Below, in pieces: positions 22,129-34,012 of a stretch of DNA of 64,000 bases. Numbering within the stretch: position 1 is the first letter of the stretch; each line of letters opens with the position of its first letter. This DNA comes from an uncultured Gemmatimonadales bacterium (GTDB lineage: Bacteria; Gemmatimonadota; Gemmatimonadetes; Gemmatimonadales; GWC2-71-9), in assembly GCA_963844035.1 (NCBI GenBank), contig CAWJMT010000005.1, forward strand, positions 96,001-160,000. Direction: 5' to 3'. A program made the position numbers and the translations under genes. Under the pieces are notes generated by a model that saw only the letters and a program-made list of their open reading frames with translations, searched no databases and had not been told where the DNA came from.

Positions 22129-24683
22129 CTAGGGCGTTTTTGCGGCACGGAGGGGTGTTTTTGCGGCATCGAGGACTTCCCGAACCTTGCGCGCCAGCCG
22201 GTCGGGCGTGAAGGGCTTCTGGAGGAACGCGGTTCCGGGGTCGAGCACGCCATGTTGGGCGATGGCATCCTCCGAATAGCCGGAGATGTACAGGACGGCT
22301 ACCCCGGTCCGGAGCCCGGCGAGCTGCCGAACCAGCTCCCGTCCGCTCAGTCCGGGCATGACGACGTCCGTGACGCACCAGGTGGATGGGCCCACGGTGG
22401 CGCTCGGCGACCTGCAGGGCGTCCCAGCCGCTCGGGGCCGCCAGGACGCTGTACCCCAGCTTGTTGAGGGCCCGGTCGCTGAGCGTGCGCACGATTTCTT
22501 CGTCCTCGACGAGCAAGATGGTTTCGGTGCCGCGCGCCGGCGGGGAGCCGTCCCGGGGCTTACGGCCGGCTCCGGAGCGCCGGAGGTCTGCGGCAGCAGA
22601 ATGGAGAACACGGTGCCGCGACCGGGTTCGCTTTCCGCCCAGATGTATCCGCCGCTCTGCTTGACGATCCCATATACGGTGGCGAGGCCGAGTCCCGTCC
22701 CCTTGCCGACCGCCTTGGTGGTAAAGAACGGCTCGAACAGGTGTGCGCGCGTCGCGGCGTCCATTCCGACCCCGGTATCGCGGACTCGCAGCTGTACGTA
22801 GGAGCCCGGGACGGCGCCCGGGTGAGCGCGGGCGAATGCGGCGTCGAGCTCGAAGTTCGCGGTGTCAACGGTGAGCGTGCCGCCCGCCGGCATGGCGTCG
22901 CGGGAATTGATCGCCAGGTTCACGATCACTTGCTCGATCTGTCCGGGGTCGGCGCGAACCGAGGCGAGCTGAGGCGCCAGTACATTGATCAGCTCCACGT
23001 CCTCGCCGATCAACCGGTGAAGCATGTGGTCGAGGCCGAGCACGACGGCGTTCAGGTCGAGGATGCGCGGCGCGAGCACCTGGCGGCGGCTGTACGCCAG
23101 GAGCTGGCGGGTGAGGTCGGCGGCACGCTCGGCCGCCATGCGGATTTCGTCGACATCGGCGTAGTGGGGCGAATCACGCCCGATCTCGCGCTGCAGCAGC
23201 TGAGTGGTTCCGAGGATCGCGGTGAGAATGTTGTTGAAGTCGTGGGCGATGCCGCCCGCCAGCCGCCCAACCGCTTCGACTTTCACTGCCTGTCGAATCT
23301 GATCCTCGAGGCGACGTTGCTCGGTGACGTCGCGCTGTGTGCCCCATGCCCGCACGACGTGGCCGTCCTCGACGATCCCGACCATGTTGTTGAGGAAGAT
23401 CTTGGGGTGACCGTCGCGATCGCGCTCGTGAGACTGCACGTCGGTCAAGCGGAACCCCGACGCGACAAAGGCCTGAAGAAACTCGAGGTTCTTCGGATCC
23501 GACGGGACGAGCAGGGCGTCCAGCCGCGCGCCGATGATCTCTCGCGCCGAGCCGAACCCGTACATGTGCGCCATCGCGTCGTTGCACTCGGCGAGGTACC
23601 CGTCGCGAAACAGTCGTTCGGCCAGCTCGGCGGGCGGAAGATCCACCGGGACGGGGCGCTCGAGCTCGAACTGCCAGATTCCCTCGGTCGATTGCGCGAT
23701 GAAGGCGCGATAGCGCTCCTCGGCGTGCCGCAACGCGTCGGCGGCACGCTTGCCCTCGATCGCGAGGGCGAGCTGTGTGGACACGAATGCAAGGATATCG
23801 CGTTCCTGCTCGCCGTAGCGGACGCCCTCGGTGTAGCTCTGCGTCACCACCACGCCGATCGTCCGCTCGTGCACCCGCAACGGGACGCCGAGCCAGTCGA
23901 TCGAGGGCGCGCCGATGAGCTCGACTTCGCCGCGTGCCACCAGATCATCGTACACCTGCGGTGTGGCCAGCAGCGGCTGGCCGGTACGCAGCACGTACTC
24001 GGTCAGCCCCTTGCCCAGCCTCCGGGGCAAGTCGCGCGTGTCGAACTCGTCCACGAAATACGGGAAGCTGAGCGTCTCGGTGGCGGGATCGTAGACGGCG
24101 ATGTAGAAGTTGCGCGCCGGCATGAGCCCTTCGATGATCTCGTGAACCCGGCGGAGCAGTGCGGGGAGGTCGGCGGCGGTATTCGCCGCCTCGGCGATGC
24201 GATAGGTGGCATCCTGGACCTGCTCGGCCCGCTTGCGGGCGGTGATGTCCAGCATCACGCCCACCAGCCAGCGCGGGCGACCGTCTTCCGGGAGCACCCG
24301 GACCACGTCCTTCAGCCATACCACGCGGCCGTCCGCGGCCACCATGCGGTACTCCATCTCATGCGGCCGGAGCAGATCGGTCTCGACGCGACAATAGTGG
24401 GCGGCCCAGTCGCGATCGTCAGGGTGCACGTGATCGAGCCAGAACGTCGGCTCGGTCGTCCAGCGCTCCACGGGATACCCCAGGAGTGCTTCGGCCTCGT
24501 GGCTCACGAAGTCGAACTGGAACGTGCGAGCGTCGCCGCGCCAGACAATCGCCTGGATCGACTCGACGAGCACTCCGTACCCCAGCTCCGTTTCCTGTCG
24601 CTCGGCGCCCGTGGGGATGCGGGGGACGCGCTTGGTGGACTTGGTGGAGCGGACGCGCCAGCGGGCCGGGCTTTACGAGCCAC
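22129..24683 (-). CDS. Hybrid histidine kinase PAS-GAF-PAS-HisKA-HATPase-REC (frameshifted)
   Basis: VHPDDR PAS, GAF (GLTEYVLRTG), AHDFNN, GTGLGL, TDVVMP; start inferred at GTG 24683. Confidence 0.9.
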
Positions 24684-24757
24684 GACCGAAACGGCGTAGG
24701 GGTCGCAGGAAGCCCTCCACGCTCAGGACCGGTGCTGCGGTCGTCGTCTCAACAAGA

Positions 24758-24830
24758 CTCCCGAGGAGGGACTCGAACCCCCGACCCGCCGGTTAACAGC
24801 CGGCTGCTCTACCAACTGAGCTACTCGGGA
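24758..24830 (-). tRNA. tRNA-Asn(GTT)
   Basis: TCCCGAG acceptor stem, GCCGG-CTGTTAA-CCGGC anticodon arm, GTTCGAG T-loop. Confidence 0.97.
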
Positions 24831-24868
24831 ATGTGCGGGAGGGAATATCGCGGTCACACGGCGTGACT

Positions 24869-25420
24869 TCAACCCAGTTGCGGCTTGAGGCGAGTTTCGT
24901 AGCAGTCAGGACACACGCCGTGGCTGAACTCGGCCTTGGAATGCTGCTCGATGTAGCGCTCGAGCGAGCTCCAGTTTCCGTCGGAGTTTCGCATCCGTTT
25001 GCAGTAGCTGCAGACCGACAGCAACCCTTCCAGGGCGAGGACCTCCTCCCGCAAGCCCAGAATACGCTCGGCCACCCGCAGCCGGGCCCCGAGCTCGTGC
25101 GCACTGGCGGGTTTCGTGATGAAGTCGTCGACTCCCGCCTCCATCGCTTCGACGTACGATTCCTGGCCGTGGCGCGCCGTCTGGAGGATGAAGTAGGTGT
25201 ACGGCCGCCCGAGTGTGGACCGAATCTTCCGGCACAACTCCAGGCCGTCCATTTCGGGCATCAGCCAATCCGCCACAACGACGCGGGGCGCCGAGAGCTG
25301 CCACGTTCCCCATGCCTGGCTGCCGTCCTCGGCTTCCGTCACCTCGTGGCCCTGCGCCTTCAGGAGCGCGCTCAGGGTGGCTCGGGTGACGAGATCGTCT
25401 TCAGCGAGCAGGATCACCAT
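24869..25420 (-). CDS. Response regulator with C-terminal Cys/His metal-binding domain
   Basis: ILLAEDD...ADWLMP...FITKP; CSYCK...FSHGVCPDC. Confidence 0.92.
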   Translation of the reverse strand: MVILLAEDDLVTRATLSALLKAQGHEVTEAEDGSQAWGTWQLSAPRVVVADWLMPEMDGLELCRKIRSTLGRPYTYFILQTARHGQESYVEAMEAGVDDFITKPASAHELGARLRVAERILGLREEVLALEGLLSVCSYCKRMRNSDGNWSSLERYIEQHSKAEFSHGVCPDCYETRLKPQLG

Positions 25421-25492
25421 GCGCCGGGACGGGGTGTGCGAAGTGAGACTGGGCGGGCCACGCCCTCAGTATTGGAAGCGCCCGACGCGAAG

Positions 25493-26381
25493 TCAAACCG
25501 GATCGGCGTCCGTCCGCGCACGGGGGAGCTCCGCCATCACCATCCCGAGCCAGGATCAACCCGCCGCCGGTCCACTGCAGCACGGACAACCGTTCCCCGA
25601 ACCACAGCCACGACGCCACGGCCGCGAACACCGGCTCCGCGCAAAAGATGAGCGCCGCGCGCGCGGAGGACATGAACCGCTGCGCGCGCATTTGCCAGAC
25701 CAACGCCACCGCGGTGGCGAGCACGGCGGTAAATCCCAGTGCGCCCAGCCAGCGCGGGGGTCCAACTCATCCGAACATCCTCCACCAACGCCGCCGCGAA
25801 CGCGGCGCCCACGGCCGTCACGATCGTCTCCATCCACACGAGGCGGAGCGGATCGTGTCGCCGCGAGAGGTGTGCCACGGCGACGATCTGCCCGCCGAAG
25901 CTGAGGGCGGTCACGAGCGTCCACAGGTCGCCGCGGTTCAAGCCGCCCGCGTCGGGCGCGGTGAGCAGATACATCCCGATCCCCGCCAAGACCAAGCGCC
26001 GCGACCACCCAGACGCGGGGGCGTTCGCGCACGACGAAAAACGCGACGACCGGCGCGAGCACCGACGAGCTGGCGACGATGAAGGCGGAACGGGCTGGGG
26101 TCGTGTACACCAGGCCCACGGTCTGCGAGGCGAAGCCGACGGCGAGCAGGCCGCCGAGCAGAGCCCCTGCACGAAGCTCGGCACGGGGGTACGGGGGCCG
26201 CAGATTGGTGAAGGGAAGCAGAACCAGGGCCGCCAGCGCCGAAACGGACGGCGGTGAACGCGAGCGGTGTGGCCGACTCCAGCGCGCCCTTCACGACGAT
26301 GAAGCTCAGACCCCAGAGGAGCGCCGCGGACACCAGGACGAGGTCCGCCCGCCGGGCGTTCGGGGCCGATGGAGGTGTCAC
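25493..26381 (-). CDS. EamA/DMT family transporter (frameshifted)
   Basis: LLWGLSFIVVK, GLVYTTPARSAFI, LNRGD, AALIFCAEPVFA. Confidence 0.85.
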
Positions 26382-29198
26382 GTCAGGTCGCTCAGATAGC
26401 GGCCGGTGGGAGAGCCGGCCACGGCTGCGATCTGTTCCGGGGTCCCCTGCGCCACGATTCGTCCACCGTCCTCGCCGGCCCCCGGGCCCATCTCGATGAT
26501 CCAGTCGGCCCGCTTGATCAGGTCCAGGTGATGCTCGATGACGAGGACTGTGTGCCCGGCGTCGACCAGCCGGTCGAGCACGCGGCACAGCACGCGCACG
26601 TCGTCGAGGTGCAGCCCGGTCGTGGGCTCGTCCAGAATGTAGAGCTTGCGCCCCTGCTTCCGGCGGCCGCTCGCCAGCGCGAGCTCCCGCGCGATCTTCA
26701 GTCGCTGCGCCTCACCGCCCGACAGGGTGGTCGCCGGCTGGCCGAGCCGCAGATAGCCGAGCCCGACTTGCTGCAAGTACCACAGGGCGCGCGTGAGCCG
26801 GGCGTGCCGGTGCAGGCGCTCGATGGCCTGGTTGACGGTCCAGTTGAGCACGTCATGGATCGAGCACCCTCCCAGCTTGACGTCGAGGACTTCCCGCTTG
26901 AACCGGGTACCGCCGCACATCTCGCACGGCACGAACACGTTGGCCAGGAAGACCATTTCGACCAGCACGTGCCCGGCGCCCTGGCATGCCTCGCAGCGTC
27001 CCCCCGCCATGTTGAACGAGAACGTGCTCGGCGAGTAGCGGCGCGAGCGCGCCAGCGGTTCCGCGGCGAACAGGGCACGGATCTCGTCGAACGCCTTGAC
27101 GTAGGTCACGGGGTTGGACCGCGGCGTGCGACCGATCGGCTGCTGGTCAATCAGCGCAACGTCGGCGAGTCCATTCCATCCCTCCAGGGCTTCGACGGCG
27201 CCCACCGCTTCGCCGAGGTGCTGCTTGGCGCTGTGGCCGCCGTGCAGGCGTGCTTCGAGCTGGCGGTACAGAATGTCGTGCACGAGGGTCGACTTGCCGG
27301 AGCCCGACACGCCGGTGACCGCCGTGAGGGTGCCGAGCGGGATTCGCGTGTCGACGCCGCGGACGTTGTGGAGGCGGCCACCCCGCAACGTGATCCAGCG
27401 CGGCCCGATGGGCCGGCGGGCGGAGGGCACGCCGATCCGCTTCTCGCCACTCAGGTACTGCGCGGTGAGGGTGTTGCTCTCCCGTACCCGATCCATGGCG
27501 CCCTGGTAGACGAGCTGTCCACCGGCCTCGCCGCTGCCGGGGCCGAGCTCGACCATGTAGTCTGCGGCGCGAATGGCCGCCAGATCATGTTCGACCATCA
27601 CCACGGTGTTTCCCTGGTCGGCCAGGCGGCGCAGCAGACCGAGCAGGCGGTCGATGTCCGCAGGGTGGAGGCCGATGGTGGGCTCATCCAGGACGTAGAG
27701 GGTGTCGACCAGATGCGAGCCGAGCGCATTGGAGAGGGCGATGCGCTGTGCTTCGCCGCCGGACAGGGTGCGGGTCTGGCGGTCGAGCGTGAGGTAGCCG
27801 AGGCCGACATCGGTGACGAACGCGATCCGCGCGCTCAACTCGCGCAGCACGTGGAGGGCAATGGCCTGCTGGAACGGGGCCAGCGACAGGCTGGCCGCCC
27901 ACTCGCGCAGCGCCGCGGCCGTCAGCGCCGTGGCGTCGGCGATGGTGCGGCCGTCCACGCGCACGGCGAGCGCCTCGGGCTTGAGGCGCGCGCCGCGGCA
28001 CGCGGGGCAGGTCTTGGCGAGCTGATACTGGCGCAGGAAGACCCGGATGTACTGCTTGTACCGTTTTGCCTCGAGCCGCTCGAGGAACGGAAACATGCCC
28101 AGATAGCGTCCCTTGGCGTTGTTCAGCAGAAAGGACCGGTCGCGCGCGGGGAGGTCGCGCCAGGGCGCGTCGAAGTCCAGGCCGCGTGCCCGCGCGGTCT
28201 CCCGCAGCAGGCGCCGCCGCCCCTCGTAGCGTGGCTTGGTCCACGGGTCGAGGGCGCCGCGCGCGAGCGAGCGGGCTGGGTCGGGCACGATCAACGACTC
28301 GTCGTATTCGAGCACCGCCCCGAAGCCGTTGCATCCGGGGCAGGCGCCGCGGGGGTTGTTGAACGAAAACAGGTTGGGTGTGAGCGCCGTGCCGGGGGCG
28401 CCGCAGCGCGAGCAGGTCGGGTGCTCGGAGAAGCGGTGCCGCGATCCGTTGTCGAGCGCGACCGCGACGCCCTCACCCTCGTTGAACGCGGTCGCCACGG
28501 CGTCGGCGAGCCGGCCGCGGTTTGCGTCCGAGGACGTCACACGATCCACCACCACCAGCACGTCCGCCGCCTCCCGCACCCGCTGCTCGGCGTCGGGCTC
28601 GTCCAGCCGGACGATGGCTCCGTCGAGCTGGGCACGGACAAACCCCGCGGCCAGGAGCTGTGCGGCGACCGCGACATCGGGCCGATGGGCGGAGGCGGGG
28701 AGCGGGAAGGTGATGACAATGCGGAGTGCGGATTGTCGAGTGCGGAATTCCGCTGCCGCGCTCCGCGATGAGCTCGTCCACCACTTCCTGCACGGTGTCG
28801 GTCTTCACGACCTGCCCGCAGGCGACGCAGTGCGGAGTGCCTACCCGGGCCCAGAGCAGCCGCAGAAAGTCATAGATCTCGGTGGCCGTTCCGACGGTGG
28901 AGCGGCTCGTGGTGGTGGGGTTCTTCTGCTCGATCGCCACCGCGGGGGATATGCCGTCGAGCCCGTCGACCAGCGGCTTCGGCATGCGCTCGAGAAACTG
29001 CTTGGCGTACGTGGACAGCGACTCGATGTAGCGTCGCTGGCCCTCGGCGTAGAGCGTGTCGAAGGCCAGCGAGCTCTTCCCGGCGCCCGAGGGGCCGGTG
29101 ACCACCGTCAGCGCCCGGCGGGGCAGCGTCACCGAGATCCCCTTCAGGTTGTGCTGTCTCGCGTTGCGGATGACGATGTGGCCGGGAGACGTGGGCAT
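26378..29198 (-). CDS. uvrA: Excinuclease ABC subunit A (frameshifted)
   Basis: [30 protein letters not shown], two LSGGEAQR signatures, second Walker A GVSGSGKS, Zn fingers. Confidence 0.95.
28718..28766. repeat. Heptamer (TGCGGAN) inverted repeat inside uvrA
   Basis: tgcggag-tgcggat-tgtcgag-tgcggaa followed by ttccgc...ctccgc; translates as low-complexity [11 protein letters not shown]. Confidence 0.6.
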
Positions 29199-29215
29199 AA
29201 CCCGGAAAACTAACT

Positions 29216-29290
29216 AGGTGTCAGGTGCTAGGTGTCAGGTGTCAGGGGCCAGGCGTCCGCGCTGACACCCGACACCTAGCACCTGACACC
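29216..29290. repeat. Inverted heptamer repeat (AGGTGTC / GACACCT)
   Basis: ~5 units at 29216-29253 facing ~4 complementary units at 29262-29290, between divergent genes. Confidence 0.88.
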
Positions 29291-29313
29291 GCTTCTTCTT
29301 AGCTTGCCACCCC

Positions 29314-30420
29314 ATGGCTCTGACGCCACGCCTGCTGCGACGCGGGCTACAGCTCTTCGCAGTGATCTCCCTCGGCGGCGTCGGCGTTGTCCTCTGGGTC
29401 TACGGCGAAAACCTCGCCGGCGTGCTCCAGACGTTGCTGCACCTCCACTGGACATGGATGATCGTGGGCTTGGTCCTCGCCTCGATGGATTGGTTCGGGG
29501 GAGGGACCCGGCTGTGGGTGGTGGCCCGACATGTGCATCCGGGGGTGCGCTGGAGGGACATGGTGCTGGCGGGCGGCATGAGCGCCTGGGGCGGCTATCT
29601 CACGCCGTTCCAGACCGGCGCAGGGCCGATGATGATGTGGTCGATGCGCCGGGGCGGTGTGCGCCTGCCGGAAGCGATGACGTCGACCTTCATGACCTTC
29701 GTCGCCACGGTCGCGTTCTTTGCGATCGCGGGACCGATGGCGATCTACTTCGGCGCCGGTAAGTCGCTCGCGCAGCACAACGTGGTGCTCGGGATCTCGT
29801 ACTACGACCTGTTTCGCACCAGCCTGACGATCTTCGGCATCATCGGCGCGGTGATGCTCGTGGCGATGGTGTTTCCCCTCTGGCTGCGCGACGTCGTGCA
29901 CGGGGTGGCGACGCGGCTCGAGCGCCGCAGCCGGCGGGTGGCCGCGCGCATCGAGCACCTGCGCGCAGGGATCGACCGCGCGCACGAGTGCATGGTGGCC
30001 TTCGGCAGTCCCAAGGGATGGCTCGCGCTCTTCTGGGCGGTGATTCTCTCGGGGCCGTCGCACGCCAACAAGTTGCTCGCCGGCTACGCCGCCCTGCGGG
30101 CCCTGGGGATCGAGGCGAACTTCGTCGACATCCTGCTGCTGCAGACGTTCATCACGTTTCTTCTCTACTTCGCTCCTACGCCCGGCTCGTCGGGGCTCGC
30201 CGAGTTCCTGTCCGCCGCCGTGATGCAGATCTACGTCGGCCCGGCCCAGCTGCCGTCGTACACCCTGATCTGGCGCTTCATCAACAGCTACGCGACGGTG
30301 GTGTTTGGGTCCCTGTTGTTCTGGAGCTGGATCAAGCGCGGGGTCGTAGGGGTGGAGGAGCGGTGTCGGTCGATGCGGTCTAACCCTTGTTTCCTTGCGC
30401 GGTTACGGCGTCGGCCGTAA
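29314..30420 (+). CDS. Lysylphosphatidylglycerol synthase TM-domain (UPF0104-like) protein
   Basis: LTPFQTGAGP, PTPGSSGLAE, LIWRFINSY; multiple TM helices. Confidence 0.85.
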   Translation: MALTPRLLRRGLQLFAVISLGGVGVVLWVYGENLAGVLQTLLHLHWTWMIVGLVLASMDWFGGGTRLWVVARHVHPGVRWRDMVLAGGMSAWGGYLTPFQTGAGPMMMWSMRRGGVRLPEAMTSTFMTFVATVAFFAIAGPMAIYFGAGKSLAQHNVVLGISYYDLFRTSLTIFGIIGAVMLVAMVFPLWLRDVVHGVATRLERRSRRVAARIEHLRAGIDRAHECMVAFGSPKGWLALFWAVILSGPSHANKLLAGYAALRALGIEANFVDILLLQTFITFLLYFAPTPGSSGLAEFLSAAVMQIYVGPAQLPSYTLIWRFINSYATVVFGSLLFWSWIKRGVVGVEERCRSMRSNPCFLARLRRRP

Positions 30421-30454
30421 CTTCGGGTCTCGCTTCCCCAGTAGGTCCTGAGAC

Positions 30455-31959
30455 ATGGCTCTGCTTGAGTTGGGCGGCAAAACGTTCCCGATACCGGTAG
30501 GTGAATTGGTGCTCGGCAGCGATGCCGCGTGCGGAATCGTGGTGTCGGGCAGTGGGGTGCTCCCCAAGCACGCCTTGTTTCATGGTCAACCCGACGGACA
30601 GGTGGTCATCCGCAAGGCCATCCCCAGCGCTGAGGTCATGATCAACGGCGTCCGCCTGGGCGCGGAGCCGACCCCGCTCCTGCATGGGGACAAGGTGGAC
30701 GTGGGTGGCCACGAGCTGAACTTCGTGGACGAGCGGCGCAGCGGAAGCACCCAGTTTCTCCAGGCGGTCAAGGTGCCGGAGGCGATGGCTCAGGCCAGGA
30801 GCGCGGCTCAGGCGGCGCCCGCCAGCGCGAATACCGGAGGCCGGCTCGTGAGCCTGACCGACGGGCGCGAGTATGTGATGAGCGGGGCGTCCCTGGTATT
30901 CGGGCGCGAGGCGGCGTGCGACGTGGTGGTCGGAGGGAAGGACGTATCGCGCCGGCATGCGGAGATCGTGCAGACGCCCAAGGGCTACCTGATCGTCGAT
31001 TCCAGTACCAATGGGACATTCGTCAACGAGGAGCGGGTCAGGGGCCAACGTATCCTGACGCGAGCCGACGTCGTGCGAATCGGAGACGACAACTTCCGAT
31101 TCTATGCCGATGCCGCTCCCGCCGCCGCCGCCGCGCCCTGCCTCTCTCGTCGCCCCCACCACGCCTGCGCCTCCACCCTCACCTCCACCGGCTCCGCCCG
31201 CTCCACCGCCCGCACCCGCCGTACCGGCCGCCGCCAAGGCTCCTGCCGCGAAACGCGCGCCGCAGTCCGGCTCCCTGGCGACCTTCCTGGTGAAGAGTGG
31301 GGCGCTCAAGGGGACCCGGTTCGAGGCGCGGACGCCAGTCGTGAATGTCGGGCGCGCCGACTACAACGACCTCCCGCTGGCTGATCCGTCGGTCTCGACG
31401 TCGCACGCGAAGTTGCAGCGGCGCGAGGGGGTCTGGGTGCTGATGGACCTGGACTCCACCAATGGGACCTTCGTGGACGGCGAGCGGGTGCCGGGCGAGA
31501 TCCCGCTTGCTCCCGGGGCGACCCTCAGGTTTGGGGACGTCGAGGTCGTATTCGAGCCGACGGATGACGCGTTAGGGATCGGGAAAGGGGGAGGGACGGT
31601 GGTCATGGCGGGGTTCAGCACCATTCCCGCGCCTGCGCCGAAGGCATCGGCCCCCGCCCCCGCGCCCGCACCCGCTCCGCGGCCGCACCTGCTCCAGCGC
31701 CCGCTCCTCCTCCTCCCTCCCGCTCCGGCTCCTGTGGCGGCCAAGGCACCTGCCGCGGCCAGGGCGCCCGCAGCTCCCGGCGCGCGAGCCGCCCAAGGCA
31801 GCGCAGCCGGCGGCAGCGCCGAAACCTGCACGGGCACCGGCGCGGGCCCAGAGCTCGACTCCGCCCGCCAAGAAGGGCAAGGGATGTGGCGCCAGCGTGG
31901 TCGTTTTGGTCGCGGGCGCGGGCGGGCTGGCGGCGTTGGCGCGCTGGCTTCTGGCGTAG
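30455..31959 (+). CDS. Triple FHA-domain protein with Pro/Ala linkers and C-terminal membrane anchor (frameshifted)
   Basis: Degenerate FHA1; FHA2 FGR...VSRRHA...SSTNGT; FHA3 VGR...STSHA...STNGT; tail KKGKGCGASVVVLVAGAGGLAALARWLLA. Confidence 0.85.
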
Positions 31960-31969
31960 AGCGATCCGA

Positions 31970-32752
31970 GTGCACATCACTTCGGCAGGGCGCAGCGACG
32001 TCGGCGTGATCCGATCCGGCAACGAAGACAACTACATCGTTGTGCCCGAGCGCGGGATTTTCGTGGTCGCGGACGGGATGGGGGGGCACGCGGCGGGTGA
32101 GGTCGCGAGCGAGATGGCGGTCCACTACATGACGCGGGAGCTCGGTTCCCTGTGGAGTCTGGGCGACGAGCAGGTGGCTGAGCGGATGCGCGGGGCGATC
32201 CGCGCCGCGAATGGGGCGATCTTCCAGCGCACGCTCACCGAGATCGACAAGCGGGGCATGGGCACGACCGTCACGGCTCTGGCGCTATACGGCACGCGGT
32301 TCCTGGTTGGGCAGGTGGGGGACAGCCGGGCGTACCTGTTCCGCGACGGCGCGCTTACGCAGATCACCAAGGATCACTCGTACGTCCAGGAGCAGGTGGA
32401 CGCCGGGTACCTCACGCCCGAGCAGGCGCGCTCCCATCCCTACAGCAACGTGATCACCCGCTGCGTCGGCGCGAACAGCGACGTGGTGCCCGATGTATAT
32501 GCGGGGGCGGTGCGGCTGCGGGACCTGTTTCTCCTCGCGTCCGACGGGCTCACCGGGATGCTCGACGATCCGGAGCTGGCCAAGGTGCTCATGTCGGATC
32601 GGACGCTGGCGGAAAAGGTCGACGATTTGATCAACGCCGCCAATCGTAACGGCGGACTCGACAACATTACGGCCATCGTCGTGCGCGTCGACTCCGTCGA
32701 CACACCGAGCGGCGGGGCGTCCAAGACCCAGCCTATCCCCGCACGGAACTAA
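31970..32752 (+). CDS. PP2C-family Ser/Thr protein phosphatase (Stp1-like)
   Basis: RSGNED, VADGMGGHAAGE, GDSRAY, ASDGL, GGLDNIT. Confidence 0.95.
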   Translation: MHITSAGRSDVGVIRSGNEDNYIVVPERGIFVVADGMGGHAAGEVASEMAVHYMTRELGSLWSLGDEQVAERMRGAIRAANGAIFQRTLTEIDKRGMGTTVTALALYGTRFLVGQVGDSRAYLFRDGALTQITKDHSYVQEQVDAGYLTPEQARSHPYSNVITRCVGANSDVVPDVYAGAVRLRDLFLLASDGLTGMLDDPELAKVLMSDRTLAEKVDDLINAANRNGGLDNITAIVVRVDSVDTPSGGASKTQPIPARN

Positions 32753-34012
32753 TCAGACTCCGTTCCGCGGCGAGTCGGGCGCTCACCTCGTCGCCGGGGA
32801 GCATGATCAAATCCACGACGGCCTGCATCGGCACGCGCACCGGCCGCAGCACGAATACACGCAACCACCTGGCGCTGCGGTACAGCTCTCCGGCCACCCG
32901 CGGCAGGCCGAGGTGCGCCGTCGCATCGGCGCCCGCGAGCTGAGTCACCGAGCCGTCCCGCTTCACCAGCGGCAGGTCGAGCGCCAGCATCTCCCGCTTG
33001 GCCGGGAAGTCCAGAAACAACTCCCCCGGCGCCAGTCCCAGCTCCTGAGCCAGGCGGTCTTCCACACGCATGCACAACGCGGGATCGCTGCCCGGCCACG
33101 CGGCGGTGTCGGCGGGGAGATCGGTCGCGGGGATGTCGAGTGCGCGCTTGGCGAGGCGGCGTTCCCGTAAGCCTGCGCCAGGCCCGTGACGTCTTCACGC
33201 TGCAGCTCGTGGATCAAGCCATCGTCGGTGGCGAGGGCGACGTCTCCCAGGCGGAGCCGCTGCGCCGCGAGTGCCGTCAGCACCAGCCGCTTGAACATCG
33301 CCGTGGCGCTGCGAACGGCATGGTGCCAGTACACGTTGCGGTACATCTGGTACTTGGCGAACAGCAGGGATTCGAGCGCCGACAGGCCTTTGTCGTGCAA
33401 CGCGAGCACCGGCCCCGCGGGTCCGGGGACGAACGTCAGAGACGTGAGCAGCCGCTCGACGTCGATGACGCCGTAGGGGACCCCGCACATCCAGGCGTCG
33501 CGCGACAGGTAGTCCAGCTTGTCCACGTCGAGCGAGCCCGACACGAGCCCCGCGAGCGGGCCGTCGCTCGTGCCTTGAATCAACGGCAGCAACGTCTCGG
33601 CCGGTGCGCCTAAACGCTCGAGGCGCAGCGCCAGATCTCCCGCCCCGAGATGGCGTGCGGCCAGGGATTCGTGGCGCGGCAAGCCCGCCTCCTCGAGCGC
33701 GTGGGAGAAGGGGTAGTGTCCGATGTCGTGGAGGAGCGCCGCGAGCTTGAGGCGCAGCACGGTTGCCGGGTCGAGCGCCGGACCGTCCGCCGTTTCCTCG
33801 AGGTGCGCGAGGACGCGGCGGGCCAGATGGTAGGTCCCCAGCGCGTGCTCGAACCGGGTGTGCGTGGCGCCGGGGTAGACGAGGAAGGCATGTCCGAGCT
33901 GGCGCACGTAGCGCAGGCGTTGCACCGCGGGGGTATCCACCACGGCGAGCGCCTCGGCATCGAGCCGAATGTTGTTCCACAACGGGTCGCGGACGACCTC
34001 GAACCGCGTCAC
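32733..34012 (-). CDS. HD-domain phosphohydrolase (SAMHD1/YdhJ-like) (frameshifted)
   Basis: QRLRYVRQLG, YPGATHTRFEH, LLHDIGHYPFSH, LDVDKLDY, MYRNVYWH. Confidence 0.9.

Noticed and set aside
22131..22168. Direct repeat GGGYGTTTTTGCGGCA x2
   Set aside because: Two copies only, encoding the AAKTP duplication at the kinase C-terminus; not CRISPR.
15731..24830. tRNA-Asn-integrated island carrying the kinases
   Set aside because: No duplicated tRNA 3' end, no integrase, and composition similar to flanks.
26369..28771. 800-aa plus-strand ORF and other long antisense ORFs (22741-24699, 47291-49147, 53318-55183)
   Set aside because: Shadow frames opposite well-conserved genes, expected in high-GC DNA; no recognisable motifs.
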